In this document: positions 1 to 11,547 of the stretch, one piece after another
Layout: each line of letters opens with the position of its first letter
Position numbering within the stretch: position 1 is the stretch's first letter
NCBI RefSeq assembly: GCF_001194135.2
Contig: NC_068993.1
Span: 35,478,522 to 35,538,403, forward strand
Reading direction: 5' to 3'
Length of the DNA stretch: 59,882 bases
Source: Octopus bimaculoides
Taxonomy: Eukaryota
Position numbers and translations under genes: made by a program
The notes under the pieces: generated by a model
What the model saw: only the letters and a program-made list of their open reading frames with translations
The model's database searches: none
Told to the model about the DNA's origin: nothing

Positions 1-75
<75 letters not shown>
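1..75. repeat. (GT)n microsatellite
   Basis: Pure GT dinucleotide run from the window start. Confidence 0.98.
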
Positions 76-77
<2 letters not shown>

Positions 78-906
78 TTATATCTTATTTACCGCTGAAT
101 CATATCTTTTGTATTTGAAATTTAGCAGGTAATATGCATTGATGACATATTGTAAAACTTTTGCGAAAATGCACAGATGCAAAAAATGCTATTTGGTTAA
201 AAAAAGTTGCTTCCTGAAAACCGCAAGAAATGTTCTTGAAAATGTCCCCACTACAATATAAGTTACTAGCATCACTTTAACACTGAAACAAATGTAGGCA
301 CAAAACACTAAGAGTGATTAAGAACACTTAATGCAGGACTGTTAGGAAAACAGAATACTTCACGTAATATTGAAATTCCGTTAAAATATGAGCAAGTATG
401 GAAGTTAATTACATAAACAGCTACATTACTTTCTAAAATATTTTCTACTGAAGCAGCTTTTCTGAACTGATGCCAGGGAGCTAGGAAATAAAGTGTGAGC
501 ACAAGCAACAACATATACCTATTCCCTTGTCATTTTGGCAATAGAAACCAAAGATTATATCCGTCTAACAAGGAGAGATATATTAGCAAAGATATATTTA
601 CAATAGATTCTTTCAAACGCGAGGGTGGTCAAACCTAGAAACGCGTTGATCGCAGGTATACTCTACCAGGGTTAACCACATGTTAAACAATGTACAACAA
701 GAAAAACAATAGTAACATGAAATATAGCTGAAATTTGTCTTGTTTTATGTTTTTAAGGCTAGATTCAGAAAAGATCTCTCTAATTTTTGAACCCTTCGAT
801 AAAATATGCCGCTATAATTTTCGATGTGAAATCGTTGTTAGAAAGGTTCCAACATACATAAATACATACATGTATATATATACAAATACACACGTATATA
901 TATGTA

Positions 907-912
907 TACACA

Positions 913-1002
<90 letters not shown>
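907..1002. repeat. (CA)n(TA)n compound microsatellite abutting gap 1003-1229
   Basis: Direct reading. Confidence 0.95.
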
Positions 1003-1229
1003 NNNNNNNNNNNNNNNNNNNNNNNNNNNNNNNNNNNNNNNNNNNNNNNNNNNNNNNNNNNNNNNNNNNNNNNNNNNNNNNNNNNNNNNNNNNNNNNNNN
1101 NNNNNNNNNNNNNNNNNNNNNNNNNNNNNNNNNNNNNNNNNNNNNNNNNNNNNNNNNNNNNNNNNNNNNNNNNNNNNNNNNNNNNNNNNNNNNNNNNNNN
1201 NNNNNNNNNNNNNNNNNNNNNNNNNNNNN

Positions 1230-1629
1230 ATATTGCGTTTCTAAATCTCTCAGAGACGTTTATACAGTAGCAGCACGATAAGGTGATGTTATGTTGCCAA
1301 CTTAATGTGACAGTCCTATGAGAGGGAAGAATGCTACTGCTATTTAGCCCTAGGAAACACCGTTTCCAGTTGGCCATGACACATTTTCTGTGTCTTTATG
1401 TATTCAAAGGGGAGATAATCACCTCTACCCAACAAAGCCAGCATCCAGAACTAGTTTCAGAGTCATTGCCCATCTTCAGTCTGGAATAGTATGGCTTGCT
1501 AGCTGTCGATGCCTATTCGCATTTGAAAACATATATAGCAGTAGCACTCTTCTCTCTCATGGAAACATAACATCACTTTATCGCGCTGCTACTGTATAAA
1601 TCTCTCTGAAAGATTTAGAAATGTAATAT
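1230..1629. mobile_element. Foldback/MITE-like element with long terminal inverted repeats
   Basis: 1230-1299 matches the reverse complement of 1560-1629 at 62/70. Further pairing of TGAGAGGGAAGAATGCTACTGCTAT (about 1319-1343) with about 1535-1559. The left end abuts an N-gap, so no TSD is visible. Confidence 0.75.
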
Positions 1630-1755
1630 TTCTATTTTCGAAATCAGTGGATGTATTTCACTTGAAATATATATGTTTTCAAAGGCCAATATGCATCGAC
1701 AACTAGCAAGCCATGTAAAAGATTAATAAATAACTACAGAGACAAATGCGCAGAG

Positions 1756-1789
<34 letters not shown>

Positions 1790-2039
1790 TAGATTTGGCC
1801 AAAAGTCAGTCGACGGTAAATCAAAATTTCAGACATACTATCTATAATTCTGTATTCAAGGACTTCAGTTTGAACAATTTCATGATGTTTCATATTTAGA
1901 TGGTTTTATTAAATTCATTCAGTCGTATAACAAATAGATGTTCGAATTAAATGGTTTTGATTTACTGTCAGGTGACGTTTGATCAAGCCTGTATATATGT
2001 ATGCGTGTGTGTGTGTGTGTGTGTTCTTGTATGTATATG

Positions 2040-2063
2040 TGTATATATATCTATATCTATCTA

Positions 2064-2120
<57 letters not shown>

Positions 2121-2133
2121 TTATATATATATA
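2040..2133. repeat. (TA)n-rich microsatellite
   Basis: Direct reading. Confidence 0.9.
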
Positions 2134-3834
2134 TGCATACAAAATTAATATATACATAGATGCACACACACACTCGCACACACATATTCTTACTGTAAAC
2201 AAATATATTTTTAATTTCTATAGCATTCGTTATTTCCGCAATGACTTACTGTTTGCGATGGTATTTATATAATTACTAAGTAGATTGAACATTCGGAGTT
2301 ACATGGCTTTATCATAGTCACCCTCAGTTTCTGCACCAGTGTACGAACTGCCGGCGCATAGTTTCATAGTTGAGTAACGCATCTCTCCCCGGATACTTTC
2401 AACTTCCGCATATGTAATTTTCATTGAGAGAACAGAAGTCCGGTGATTCATTGTATTTTTGCAACCACATGTATAACATCTTACGTTTTAGTCTTGCATC
2501 ATCGATCTCATCATCTATGTCTCAGTTTTTGCACTTGGTCACAGTTTTGTCTGGCCTTGTAGCCTTTAAGACTTCTGATCGTACGTTACCTTTTATCACC
2601 CTTTCGCAAACTATGCGCCTACATTGCGGTACTAAATATTAGCATTGATTATAAGCTACAGTAATACATTTCATAATTAATATCAGTCAAACGTGATAAC
2701 ATGTTTGACGCACATTATTAATTCTTACGGGCAGTATTTTTCTCATAGACATTAGAATAAGGGGGAACCAACACTTGCAATTATTAACATACAGTATCAT
2801 TAATCAGGGGTGCATTGATTTGAGGGGTGGGGATCAGTCGATGCGATCGGCGCCACTATTTGACGGGTACATTAAAGAATGAAAGACAAAGTTAACTTCG
2901 GCGGGATTTCTACTCAGAACACAAAACGTTTGAACAAACAACGCAAAGCAGTTTTTCTGACACTCAAGGAATTGTCAGCTCACCTCTTTGTTGCAGTGTG
3001 ATGGTTAATAGAAACAATAGTAGCAGTTAAGGAGCTTCTTTCTCAATAGTAGCTGCACGTGATTGTAGTAGTAGCAGTTGTAGTAGTAGTTGTAATGGTG
3101 GCAGCAGCAGCAGTAGCAGTATAACATCAGCAGAGACAGCAGCAGAGGATAAGCGAAAACGATTAGTACATAAAGTAGTAGACAAGTTATAGTTTCTAAG
3201 TTCAAATCCACTGCCAGTATAATTTTCTATTTCTAAAGCAGAAGACTTAATTCTAAACGTCCTCTACATTCACCTAGAAGTCATGAGTAGAAAGTAGACC
3301 TTTTGGGTAAAAAGGGTGAATAGAGCTTGTTATCACCTACTAAATACAGACGGCTGGTAAAGAAGTCAAATGACTGACCCTGTTTATTTTATAGGGAAAT
3401 GTTAATTTCGCGTAAGTAAATATTTATCATTATTTATTTAAGTAGCAGATAGAGTAAGGTATCATCAGTCGTGAGCGAATGCGTAGTTAAAAGTGAAGGA
3501 GAGAGTAATGCAGTGTAGTACAATGAGCGGTAGCAGAGAGTAATGCCAGTAAGTGGCAGCAGTGAATCATTAGTAAATACGAAGAGAATCGACAGAAAGT
3601 GCACGGAATACTAATACAGTAGCAGCAGCATACAATAAATATCAGCAACTACCGCAATGCTTGAAGTTACACGCTATTTTCAAATTTACATGTTAAATAA
3701 TGAAAGTACTAAGTTACATGATTTTAGTGACTCGAACGTAAAATCGGTTTATGTGAAAATGTAATTTAAAAATAAAAAAAATGAAATGGAGATGATAATT
3801 ATTTCAAACATGTGCCACATGAGCAGTTTGGGAG

Positions 3835-3993
3835 AGGTGGGGATTTGTTGATTAACCAGTGTTCAACAGGTATTTATTTTATCGATCCCGAAAGAGTGAA
3901 AGATAAGTGACCTCGGTGAAATTTGAATTCAGAAAACAAAGAAATGAATGTATTCCACTAAACAATTTGTTCGACACACAAAGGATTCTACCT
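3835..3993 (-). mobile_element. Degenerate SINE family A fragment
   Basis: Carries the antisense family motif TTATTTTATCGATCCCGAAAGAGTGAAAG...GACCTCGGTGAAATTTGAATTCAGAA. Confidence 0.65.
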
Positions 3994-4254
3994 NNNNNNN
4001 NNNNNNNNNNNNNNNNNNNNNNNNNNNNNNNNNNNNNNNNNNNNNNNNNNNNNNNNNNNNNNNNNNNNNNNNNNNNNNNNNNNNNNNNNNNNNNNNNNNN
4101 NNNNNNNNNNNNNNNNNNNNNNNNNGTTAAATCAACACCTCAGGACTTCACTGGTACTTTATTTTATTGACCCTGAATAGTAACGCCAGTAAGTAGCAAA
4201 GTTGACATTTGCAGCATTTGAATAATATTGATTTCAAATTTTGACCCAAGGTCA

Positions 4255-4437
4255 GCAAATTCGTAGGGTTGGGCTATGTCGATTAAATCGGCCCGAGTGC
4301 TCAAGTGTTATTTTATCGATCCCGAAAGAGTGAAAGATAAGTGACCTCGGTGAAATTTGAATTCAGAAAACAAAGAAATGAATGTATTCCACTAAACAAT
4401 TTGTTCGACACACAAAGGATTCTACCTGCTCACTGCT
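4255..4437 (-). mobile_element. Degenerate SINE family A copy
   Basis: Same motif; followed by (AAT)n at about 4439-4474. Confidence 0.7.
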
Positions 4438-4439
4438 TC

Positions 4440-4474
<35 letters not shown>

Positions 4475-4475
<1 letters not shown>

Positions 4476-4577
4476 TCTCCTGTAAGCACAAGGTCTAAAA
4501 TTTGGTGGAGAAGGACATCAACTCCAGTACTCAACTGGTACTTATTTTATCGGCCCCGAAAGGATGGAAGGCAAAAG
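4475..4577 (-). mobile_element. SINE family A 3' half
   Basis: GCACAAGGTCTAAAATTT...CTGGTACTTATTTTATCGGCCCCGAAAGGATGGAAGGCAAA matches the fuller copy at 7252-7467. Confidence 0.75.
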
Positions 4578-4589
4578 TAATAATAATAG

Positions 4590-4903
4590 AGGGGGTTACT
4601 TTGGGTTCGAATAATTCACCTCTACATGTGAGTTTCGTTCGCCAATCTTAAACAATCCTTATTCATGGACCTTTGAAGCAGGATGGGCTATCCGACCTGA
4701 AGAAAATCCTAACTGGGCCCAACCTGAAAGACCATATACTGTTTATCTTGAGATGAGATCACATGTCATGCACATGTGGTTGTGATGCATGTGCCTGGTG
4801 TACCCTTATCACACGGAAAGTTATGATAGGTATATTGGACCTCGTATATTTGTACCCCAGTCTCACATTGATGGCATGCATTGCTCTCTCACTTAATAAT
4901 AAT
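4590..4903 (+). mobile_element. Probable 3' end of a retroposon with (AAT)n tail
   Basis: Higher-GC block ending ...GATGGCATGCATTGCTCTCTCACTTAATAATAAT. Family not assignable from sequence alone. Confidence 0.4.
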
Positions 4904-4910
4904 GATGATA

Positions 4911-5072
4911 ATCCTTTCTAATAAAGACACACGGCCTGAAATTTGTGTAGAGGGGACTAGTCGATTATATTGACCCTAATGTTTCACTGGTACTTAATTT
5001 ATTGACCCCAAAATGATAACAGACAAAGTCGACCTCGGCGGAATTTGGACTCACAACGTGATGCCACTAAGC
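4911..5072 (-). mobile_element. SINE family A lacking its tRNA head
   Basis: ATCCTTTCTA...GGCCTGAAATTT...CTGGTACTTAATTTATTGACCCC...AAAGTCGACCTCGGCGGAATTTGGACTCA; cut off at the Tx1 3' end. Confidence 0.8.
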
Positions 5073-6230
5073 AAAACAAAAGGGCAATACAAAAGCTTAG
5101 GACAAGAGTAACTTGACACAAAAATATGTGTAAACAATAAAAAAATAACAAGAACAAGGTTTAAACATTATAATTTCCCAAAGTGGGGGTGTTCGACCTA
5201 AGAGCAACCAAGGAACCTCACACGTCCTAGTCACCGACCGCCTAGGACACCCCAGGCTGGTACCTCTCCTCATCACCTCCGGCATATAGGCGTATGTTCA
5301 TTCTGGCTACCCTCATCACAGCCACACACTTCTCAACAAAAGTACTTGTGGGGAAGAAGCATTTACCTCTCCCTCCTCACTCTCTTTTTCAAGTGGAACT
5401 TGAAAAAGTCGATTTCAGTTTGGCTGAAGAGGGAAGTACCTGCCTAACACTACTACGGTGACGTAGTCTACATAAGCAGACACGAACCTTCCCCATCCTT
5501 GTTCTCGCAGGACGAACCTCGAAATATATAGCTTCCGTAACAATGACTCGAGAGCCAGTATATATAGAAGGGGCGTGAGTGGGCATCCTTGATGGACCGA
5601 ACGTGCAATATTAAACGATTCCAATAAGTAACCATTTACTTTGAACACGGAACAGATGTCGCAGTACAATGCAGCGATCCATCCTCTGAAGACGGGACCG
5701 AAACCGATCGCCACGGGGACAGCTTCCAAGTATAGGTGATTGACTCTATCAAAAGCTTTTGATTGATCTAAATTTATCAGGATCCCAATCAGGCCAGGTT
5801 CCTTACTTACTCTATGATATAGCGCGTGAAGGTTGCCATGGCTAGATTTGTTTGGGATAGCACATTCCTGCACGTCACTGACCAGTTTATTGAGGACATG
5901 CCCCAACCTCTTGTCTAATACCTTGGCCAAAAGCTTGTAATCTGTATTCAGCAGAGACGGGTCTAAAATAATCTATTTCATCCCTCTTGGTCGGGTCCTT
6001 TTTCGGCAGCACTACCATCCCGCGCCTCACAGCACTGGGAATTCTGCCGTTCTGCTGCCAGTTGTGAGAGACATCAGAGAATACATCATCGAACACGGTC
6101 GAAGAGCAGACGATGCAGCCCGGAGCCTTCTCCTGTGTGCAGCGTGTCATCCCGTCTCATATAACTTCGACTGTTATCGGCATTTCGCAAAACTGTGTAT
6201 CTCTGGCCGAAAAACCCATCATACCGCCTA
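5073..6230 (-). mobile_element. Tx1/L1-superfamily LINE relic (RT fragment, C-terminus, 3' UTR); 5'-truncated and internally deleted
   Basis: ORFs 5887-6150 and 5415-5930 give KAPG, YFRP, INLDQSKAFDRVNH, QGCPLTPLLYILALESLLRKL and SAYVDYVTVVV (decayed YADD). This is joined directly to the Tx1-type C-terminal DFFKFHLKK motif. Confidence 0.9.
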
Positions 6231-6234
6231 CATC

Positions 6235-7130
6235 TTACGTTGTTCCGAAAATAATGGCCGATTTCAGAAACATAATTTTATTCTGGAAAAAATTAACAAT
6301 AGAAATGATTTGATTGGTCAAAGCCGTGAACATCTATGCATCTCTGCCATCGATTAACGAGATTTTGTACGCCTCGTTGATAAAAACTTATTGGCTTTGA
6401 TGTCAAGAAATCTTTGAAAGCTGATTCCACCTCTGGTTTGCATCTGAAATTTTATCCCTTAAAACCGTGTTTAAATGCTTTAAAAAATGGTAGTCAGTGG
6501 GTGAAAGATCAGGAGTATATGGAGGATGTGGTAAAGTCTCGTATCCCAAGTCTGTGAGTTTCTACAGCGTCATTCATGCAACATGTGGATTTGATTTATC
6601 GTGGACCAGAATCGCCAATGCAGGTCTCATTTTTTGCAAATGAGCATGCATTTCAGCGAGTTGACTGCAATAAACCTCTGCTGTAATGTTCTGATTGGCT
6701 TCCAGAAAGACAATAGACAACACCAATTGCAGACCACCAGACAGTCACCATAATCTTTTGCTGATGCAAATTTGGCCTTGGGAAATGTTTGGGGAACTGA
6801 TCACGATCAAGCAATTAACTTGAACATTTACGGTTATCATAAAGGATCCATTTTCATCGAAAGTGACTATTCGGTCAAGAAAAGGTTCATTGGTGTTTCG
6901 CAAAAGATCATCTGGCACACTTTAAAATGCCGAACTTCTTCATTCCCCTTGAGTTCGTGCGGTACCCATTTATTGAGCGTTTTCACCTTACCAATCTTCT
7001 GCAGATTGTGTGAGACAGTTGCAATACCGACACCAAGTGCCTGATACATTTCTATGATACTTTGACGTGTGTTTTGTTCAACGATTGCTTTCAATTCTTC
7101 GTTGTCAAGTTTGCATGACCGTCCTAAAAG
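6235..7130 (-). mobile_element. Mariner transposase relic with one TIR
   Basis: GRSCKLDNEELKAIVEQN...KWVPHELK (ORF 6867-7169), then frameshifted TFDEKWIL-like and HPPYTPDLSPTDYHF motifs. Mariner-like TIR TTACGTTGTTCCGAAAATAATGGCCGATTT at about 6235-6263; the other end is missing. Confidence 0.9.
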
Positions 7131-7251
7131 TTTGGAAAAAAACGGAAAAACATTACATACACACACCACGTATTCTTAAATAAAGTGTGTCGTAGAACCA
7201 ACTGAACACACGAATGACTAGGGCAGCAGTGACTACTAATAATAGTAATAA

Positions 7252-7467
7252 CCCTTTCTACTATAGGCACAAGGCCTGAAATTTTGAGGGAAGGGACTAG
7301 TCGATTTAACCGGCCCCAGTGTTTTACTGGTACTTAATTTGTCGACTTCGAAATAATGAAAGGGCAATATCGACCTCGCCGGAATTTGAACTTAGATCGT
7401 AGCGACAAACGATACACCACTAAGCATCTCACCCGGCGTGCTAACCATTCTGCCAGCTCGCTGCCTT
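7252..7467 (-). mobile_element. Near full-length tRNA-headed SINE family A
   Basis: Sense strand reads AAGGCAGCGAGCTGGCAGAATGGTTAGCACGCCGGG (A-box-like), a B-box-like AGTTCAAATTCC, a central GCCCTTTCATTATTTCGAAGTCGACAAATTAAGTACCAG (resembles the Meta-type SINE core as I recall it) and an (ATT)-like tail. Flanked by AAT repeats on both sides. Confidence 0.85.
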
Positions 7468-7844
7468 CAATAATAATAATAGTAATAATAATAATAATAA
7501 TAACAATAATAGTAGCGACAACAACATCAATAATGATACAGAAACAGAAGACAATACTTACAAGAACATAAAACTACAGGAAACACAACATAAACTATTG
7601 GAGAGGAATTTCATTGAGACTCCAGAGTCGTTGCAGGCGATAGCCATATAATTATCTGATAAATGATATTGGTATCAATATACATTTCTTTCAATCTCTT
7701 CATGGTTGAAGTTATATGTTTCTGAGTCAGAAATCAATATTTCAAACGATGATTTATTTTAAAACATTTCTGTCTGCAACTAGAGAAAAAAAAAATCATC
7801 AACACACGCAGACACAAACGCACGCGCACACATACACACACGCA

Positions 7845-7876
<32 letters not shown>

Positions 7877-8515
7877 NNNNNNNNNNNNNNNNNNNNNNNN
7901 NNNNNNNNNNNNNNNNNNNNNNNNNNNNNNNNNNNNNNNNNNNNNNNNNNNNNNNNNNNNNNNNNNNNNNNNNNNNNNNNNNNNNNNNNNNNNNNNNNNN
8001 NNNNNNNNNNNNNNNNNNNNNNNNNNNNNNNNNNNNNNNNNNNNNNNNNNNNNNNNNNNNNNNNNNNNNNNNNNNNNNNNNNNNNNNNNNNNNNNNNNNN
8101 NNNNNNNNNNNNNNNNNNNNNNNNNNNNNNNNNNNNNNNNNNNNNNNNNNNNNNNNNNNNNNNNNNNNNNNNNNNNNNNNNNNNNNNNNNNNNNNNNNNN
8201 NNNNNNNNNNNNNNNNNNNNNNNNNNNNNNNNNNNNNNNNNNNNNNNNNNNNNNNNNNNNNNNNNNNNNNNNNNNNNNNNNNNNNNNNNNNNNNNNNNNN
8301 NNNNNNNNNNNNNNNNNNNNNNNNNNNNNNNNNNNNNNNNNNNNNNNNNNNNNNNNNNNNNNNNNNNNNNNNNNNNNNNNNNNNNNNNNNNNNNNNNNNN
8401 NNNNNNNNNNNNNNNNNNNNNNNNNNNNNNNNNNNNNNNNNNNNNNNNNNNNNNNNNNNNNNNNNNNNNNNNNNNNNNNNNNNNNNNNNNNNNNNNNNNN
8501 NNNNNNNNNNNNNNN

Positions 8516-8561
<46 letters not shown>

Positions 8562-8729
8562 AATGTAAAAATTTGCCTGTCAATCACATTACATAAATTT
8601 TCGTAATTGTGAAGATAAACACGCCTGATTATCCGGACGCTCCCTTCAGATTAATGCGATCCTGACTATTTACACAAATAACTATAAAGTTTACCAACGA
8701 ATCTAGTGGGAGGTTTTTCCCTCTCATGA

Positions 8730-8872
8730 AAAGCTTGATTCCCAACTATTTGATTCCGGGTTTAGTCCTACTACGTAGCAAAGCAGATTTCACAGTGTCT
8801 TCTACTATATCCTCTGTCCGACAAAGCCTTTGTGAATGGATTTGTTGGACGGAAGCAGAAAGGAGCCCCTGG
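8730..8872 (+). mobile_element. Degenerate CORE-like SINE family B, 5' part
   Basis: AAGCTTGATTCCCAACT...GTGTCTTCTACTATATCCTC...GGATTTGTTGGACGGAAGCAGAAAGGAGCCC matches the copy at 22895. Confidence 0.7.
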
Positions 8873-9055
8873 TATGTATGCATGTATGTATGTATGTACG
8901 TATATCGAGGGTATGACCGGTATTGACGTCAAGATGACCCAAAAGATGTCAGGTAACGTTAAGTAAGTGCTACGGATTACTTAAGCTCCAGGTTAAGCTC
9001 AAGGTTCGGTAATGATACGTGTGAGGAGTCTAACATGGCTCATGTATTAGCATGC

Positions 9056-9177
9056 ATATATATATAAATTGACAGAAGGAGATGAAAAAATGCAAGGCTG
9101 TAAATTTTTTCATCTATAAAGAAAACTATTTACAGCCTTAGATTTTTTTTTATTTCATTCTGTCAATTTATATATAC

Positions 9178-9180
<3 letters not shown>
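9056..9180. repeat. Long imperfect palindrome (foldback/MITE-like)
   Basis: 9059-9077 pairs perfectly with 9158-9176 (19 bp) and 9094-9105 with 9128-9139 (12 bp). The A-rich and T-rich spacers also pair. Confidence 0.85.
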
Positions 9181-9214
<34 letters not shown>

Positions 9215-10241
9215 TAAACATAGCTACAAAAAAAGGAATAGGTAAAAAAGACGAAACCCAGCCAGTCTGTTACAGTCTGTCAGACGAAGGCCTTGATGAA
9301 TACCACAAGGTATAAAAATACGTATTCACCTTTATATATTTATTTCATTATATTGAACACTCAATATTTCATATATTCAGTAAGACATATTTCATATATT
9401 CAATAAGACATTCAATGCTTCATTTCATTGTATCATCCATTTTTATATTATATATTATATATTCCATATTCTATATCCCACATCAATTTTACAAGAATAA
9501 AAATAAAACATAAAAAACAGACAGTTGGAACTCTTTTAAATAAAANNNNNNNNNNNNNNNNNNNNNNNNNNNNNNNNNNNNNNNNNNNNNNNNNNNNNNN
9601 NNNNNNNNNNNNNNNNNNNNNNNNNNNNNNNNNNNNNNNNNNNNNNNNNNNNNNNNNNNNNNNNNNNNNNNNNNNNNNNNNNNNNNNNNNNNNNNNNNNN
9701 NNNNNNNNNNNNNNNNNNNNNNNNNNNNNNNNNNNNNNNNNNNNNNNNNNNNNNNNNNNNNNNNNNNNNNNNNNNNNNNNNNNNNNNNNNNNNNNNNNNN
9801 NNNNNNNNNNNNNNNNNNNNNNNNNNNNNNNNNNNNNNNNNNNNNNNNNNNNNNNNNNNNNNNNNNNNNNNNNNNNNNNNNNNNNNNNNNNNNNNNNNNN
9901 NNNNNNNNNNNNNNNNNNNNNNNNNNNNNNNNNNNNNNNNNNNNNNNNNNNNNNNNNNNNNNNNNNNNNNNNNNNNNNNNNNNNNNNNNNNNNNNNNNNN
10001 NNNNNNNNNNNNNNNNNNNNNNNNNNNNNNNNNNNNNNNNNNNNNNNNNNNNNNNNNNNNNNNNNNNNNNNNNNNNNNNNNNNNNNNNNNNNNNNNNNNN
10101 NNNNNNNNNNNNNNNNNNNNNNNNNNNNNNNNNNNNNNNNNNNNNNNNNNNNNNNNNNNNNNNNNNNNNNNNNNNNNNNNNNNNNNNNNNNNNNNNNNNN
10201 NNNNNNNNNNNNNNNNNNNNNNNNNNNNNNNNNNNNNNNNN

Positions 10242-10273
<32 letters not shown>

Positions 10274-11219
10274 TCCCTGAAATGAACCACACATAAACAA
10301 ATCTCCCTCTCTTTCTTTCATTTCTCTCTCCCCCCCTCTCTCTCTCTGTTACGCACACACGCACTTACTTGTATAAACAGTACATGACTTCTCCGTTACT
10401 AGTTCATGTAACCTTGAGGAAAATTTGTCTTGTGTACAAGGTACAAATTGCCGTCTTATTTTCGAGTCAAATAATGTAAAAAAATCTACATTCTATCCGA
10501 AAAGGTATTCAGTTTCGTTTAACAACACAAGTAGTTGAAGCCATGGGATATTCAAATTAGCAATCTGCCTAAAGTACTGCATACACATTAGTATTCATTG
10601 AGTAGACTTTGTCATTGGATTGCGAATACGCTTGGGTATAGTTATGAAACTCATAGTCAATATTATCGACACCAATATTCAATAGGTACTTATTTTATTT
10701 CTTTTGAAATGATGAAAAACAAATTCGTCATGGGCGGATTTCGAATTAAAAACCTAAAAGGATGTAACAAAACAGCGTAAAGTACTTCGTCGAATGCTCG
10801 AACGATTCTGCCATTCACTGGCCAAACATTGTTGGGCTGATTGTTTGTCAAATTCAGAATGCATCCATAAATATGAACTTAGCCATACGGAAGTTTGCAA
10901 TGAAGAGGATAGTAATAGTATTTCAATATCTGTCAAAATACTTACGTATAATATAATTATACAGTTGAGCAAATTTTTCTCTTAAATAGGAAAAAAAAAG
11001 TATGTTGTGTATATANNNNNNNNNNNNNNNNNNNNNNNNNNNNNNNNNNNNNNNNNNNNNNNNNNNNNNNNNNNNNNNNNNNNNNNNNNNNNNNNNNNNN
11101 NNNNNNNNNNNNNNNNNNNNNNNNNNNNNNNNNNNNNNNNNNNNNNNNNNNNNNNNNNNNNNNNNNNNNNNNNNNNNNNNNNNNNNNNATATATATATAT
11201 ATATGTGTGTGTGTGTATG

Positions 11220-11276
<57 letters not shown>

Positions 11277-11513
11277 ATGTATGTATATATAAACGTACAT
11301 ATAGTCACAATCATCAAAAATATATACGCATGTACACACGCATGTACGCATGCATGTATGTATACATGTAAATAGATATACATATACACGTATGTTAATA
11401 TATGCATACACATACATATACATATTTATATACATACACACACGCACATAGACACTCACAAACACATACGTGTGTGTTTCTGTGTATCTGTGTCTGTGTC
11501 TGTGTGTATGTGT

Positions 11514-11547
<34 letters not shown>

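Noticed and set aside
2290-2640. Higher-complexity block, possibly a decayed transposase (also 12077-12500)
   Set aside because: No motif I can assign with confidence.
9292-9325. TTGATGA-ATACC-acaa-GGTAT-AAAA hammerhead-like string (also 15614-15630 and about 41925-41970)
   Set aside because: Invariant core bases are altered or stems I/III are out of register.
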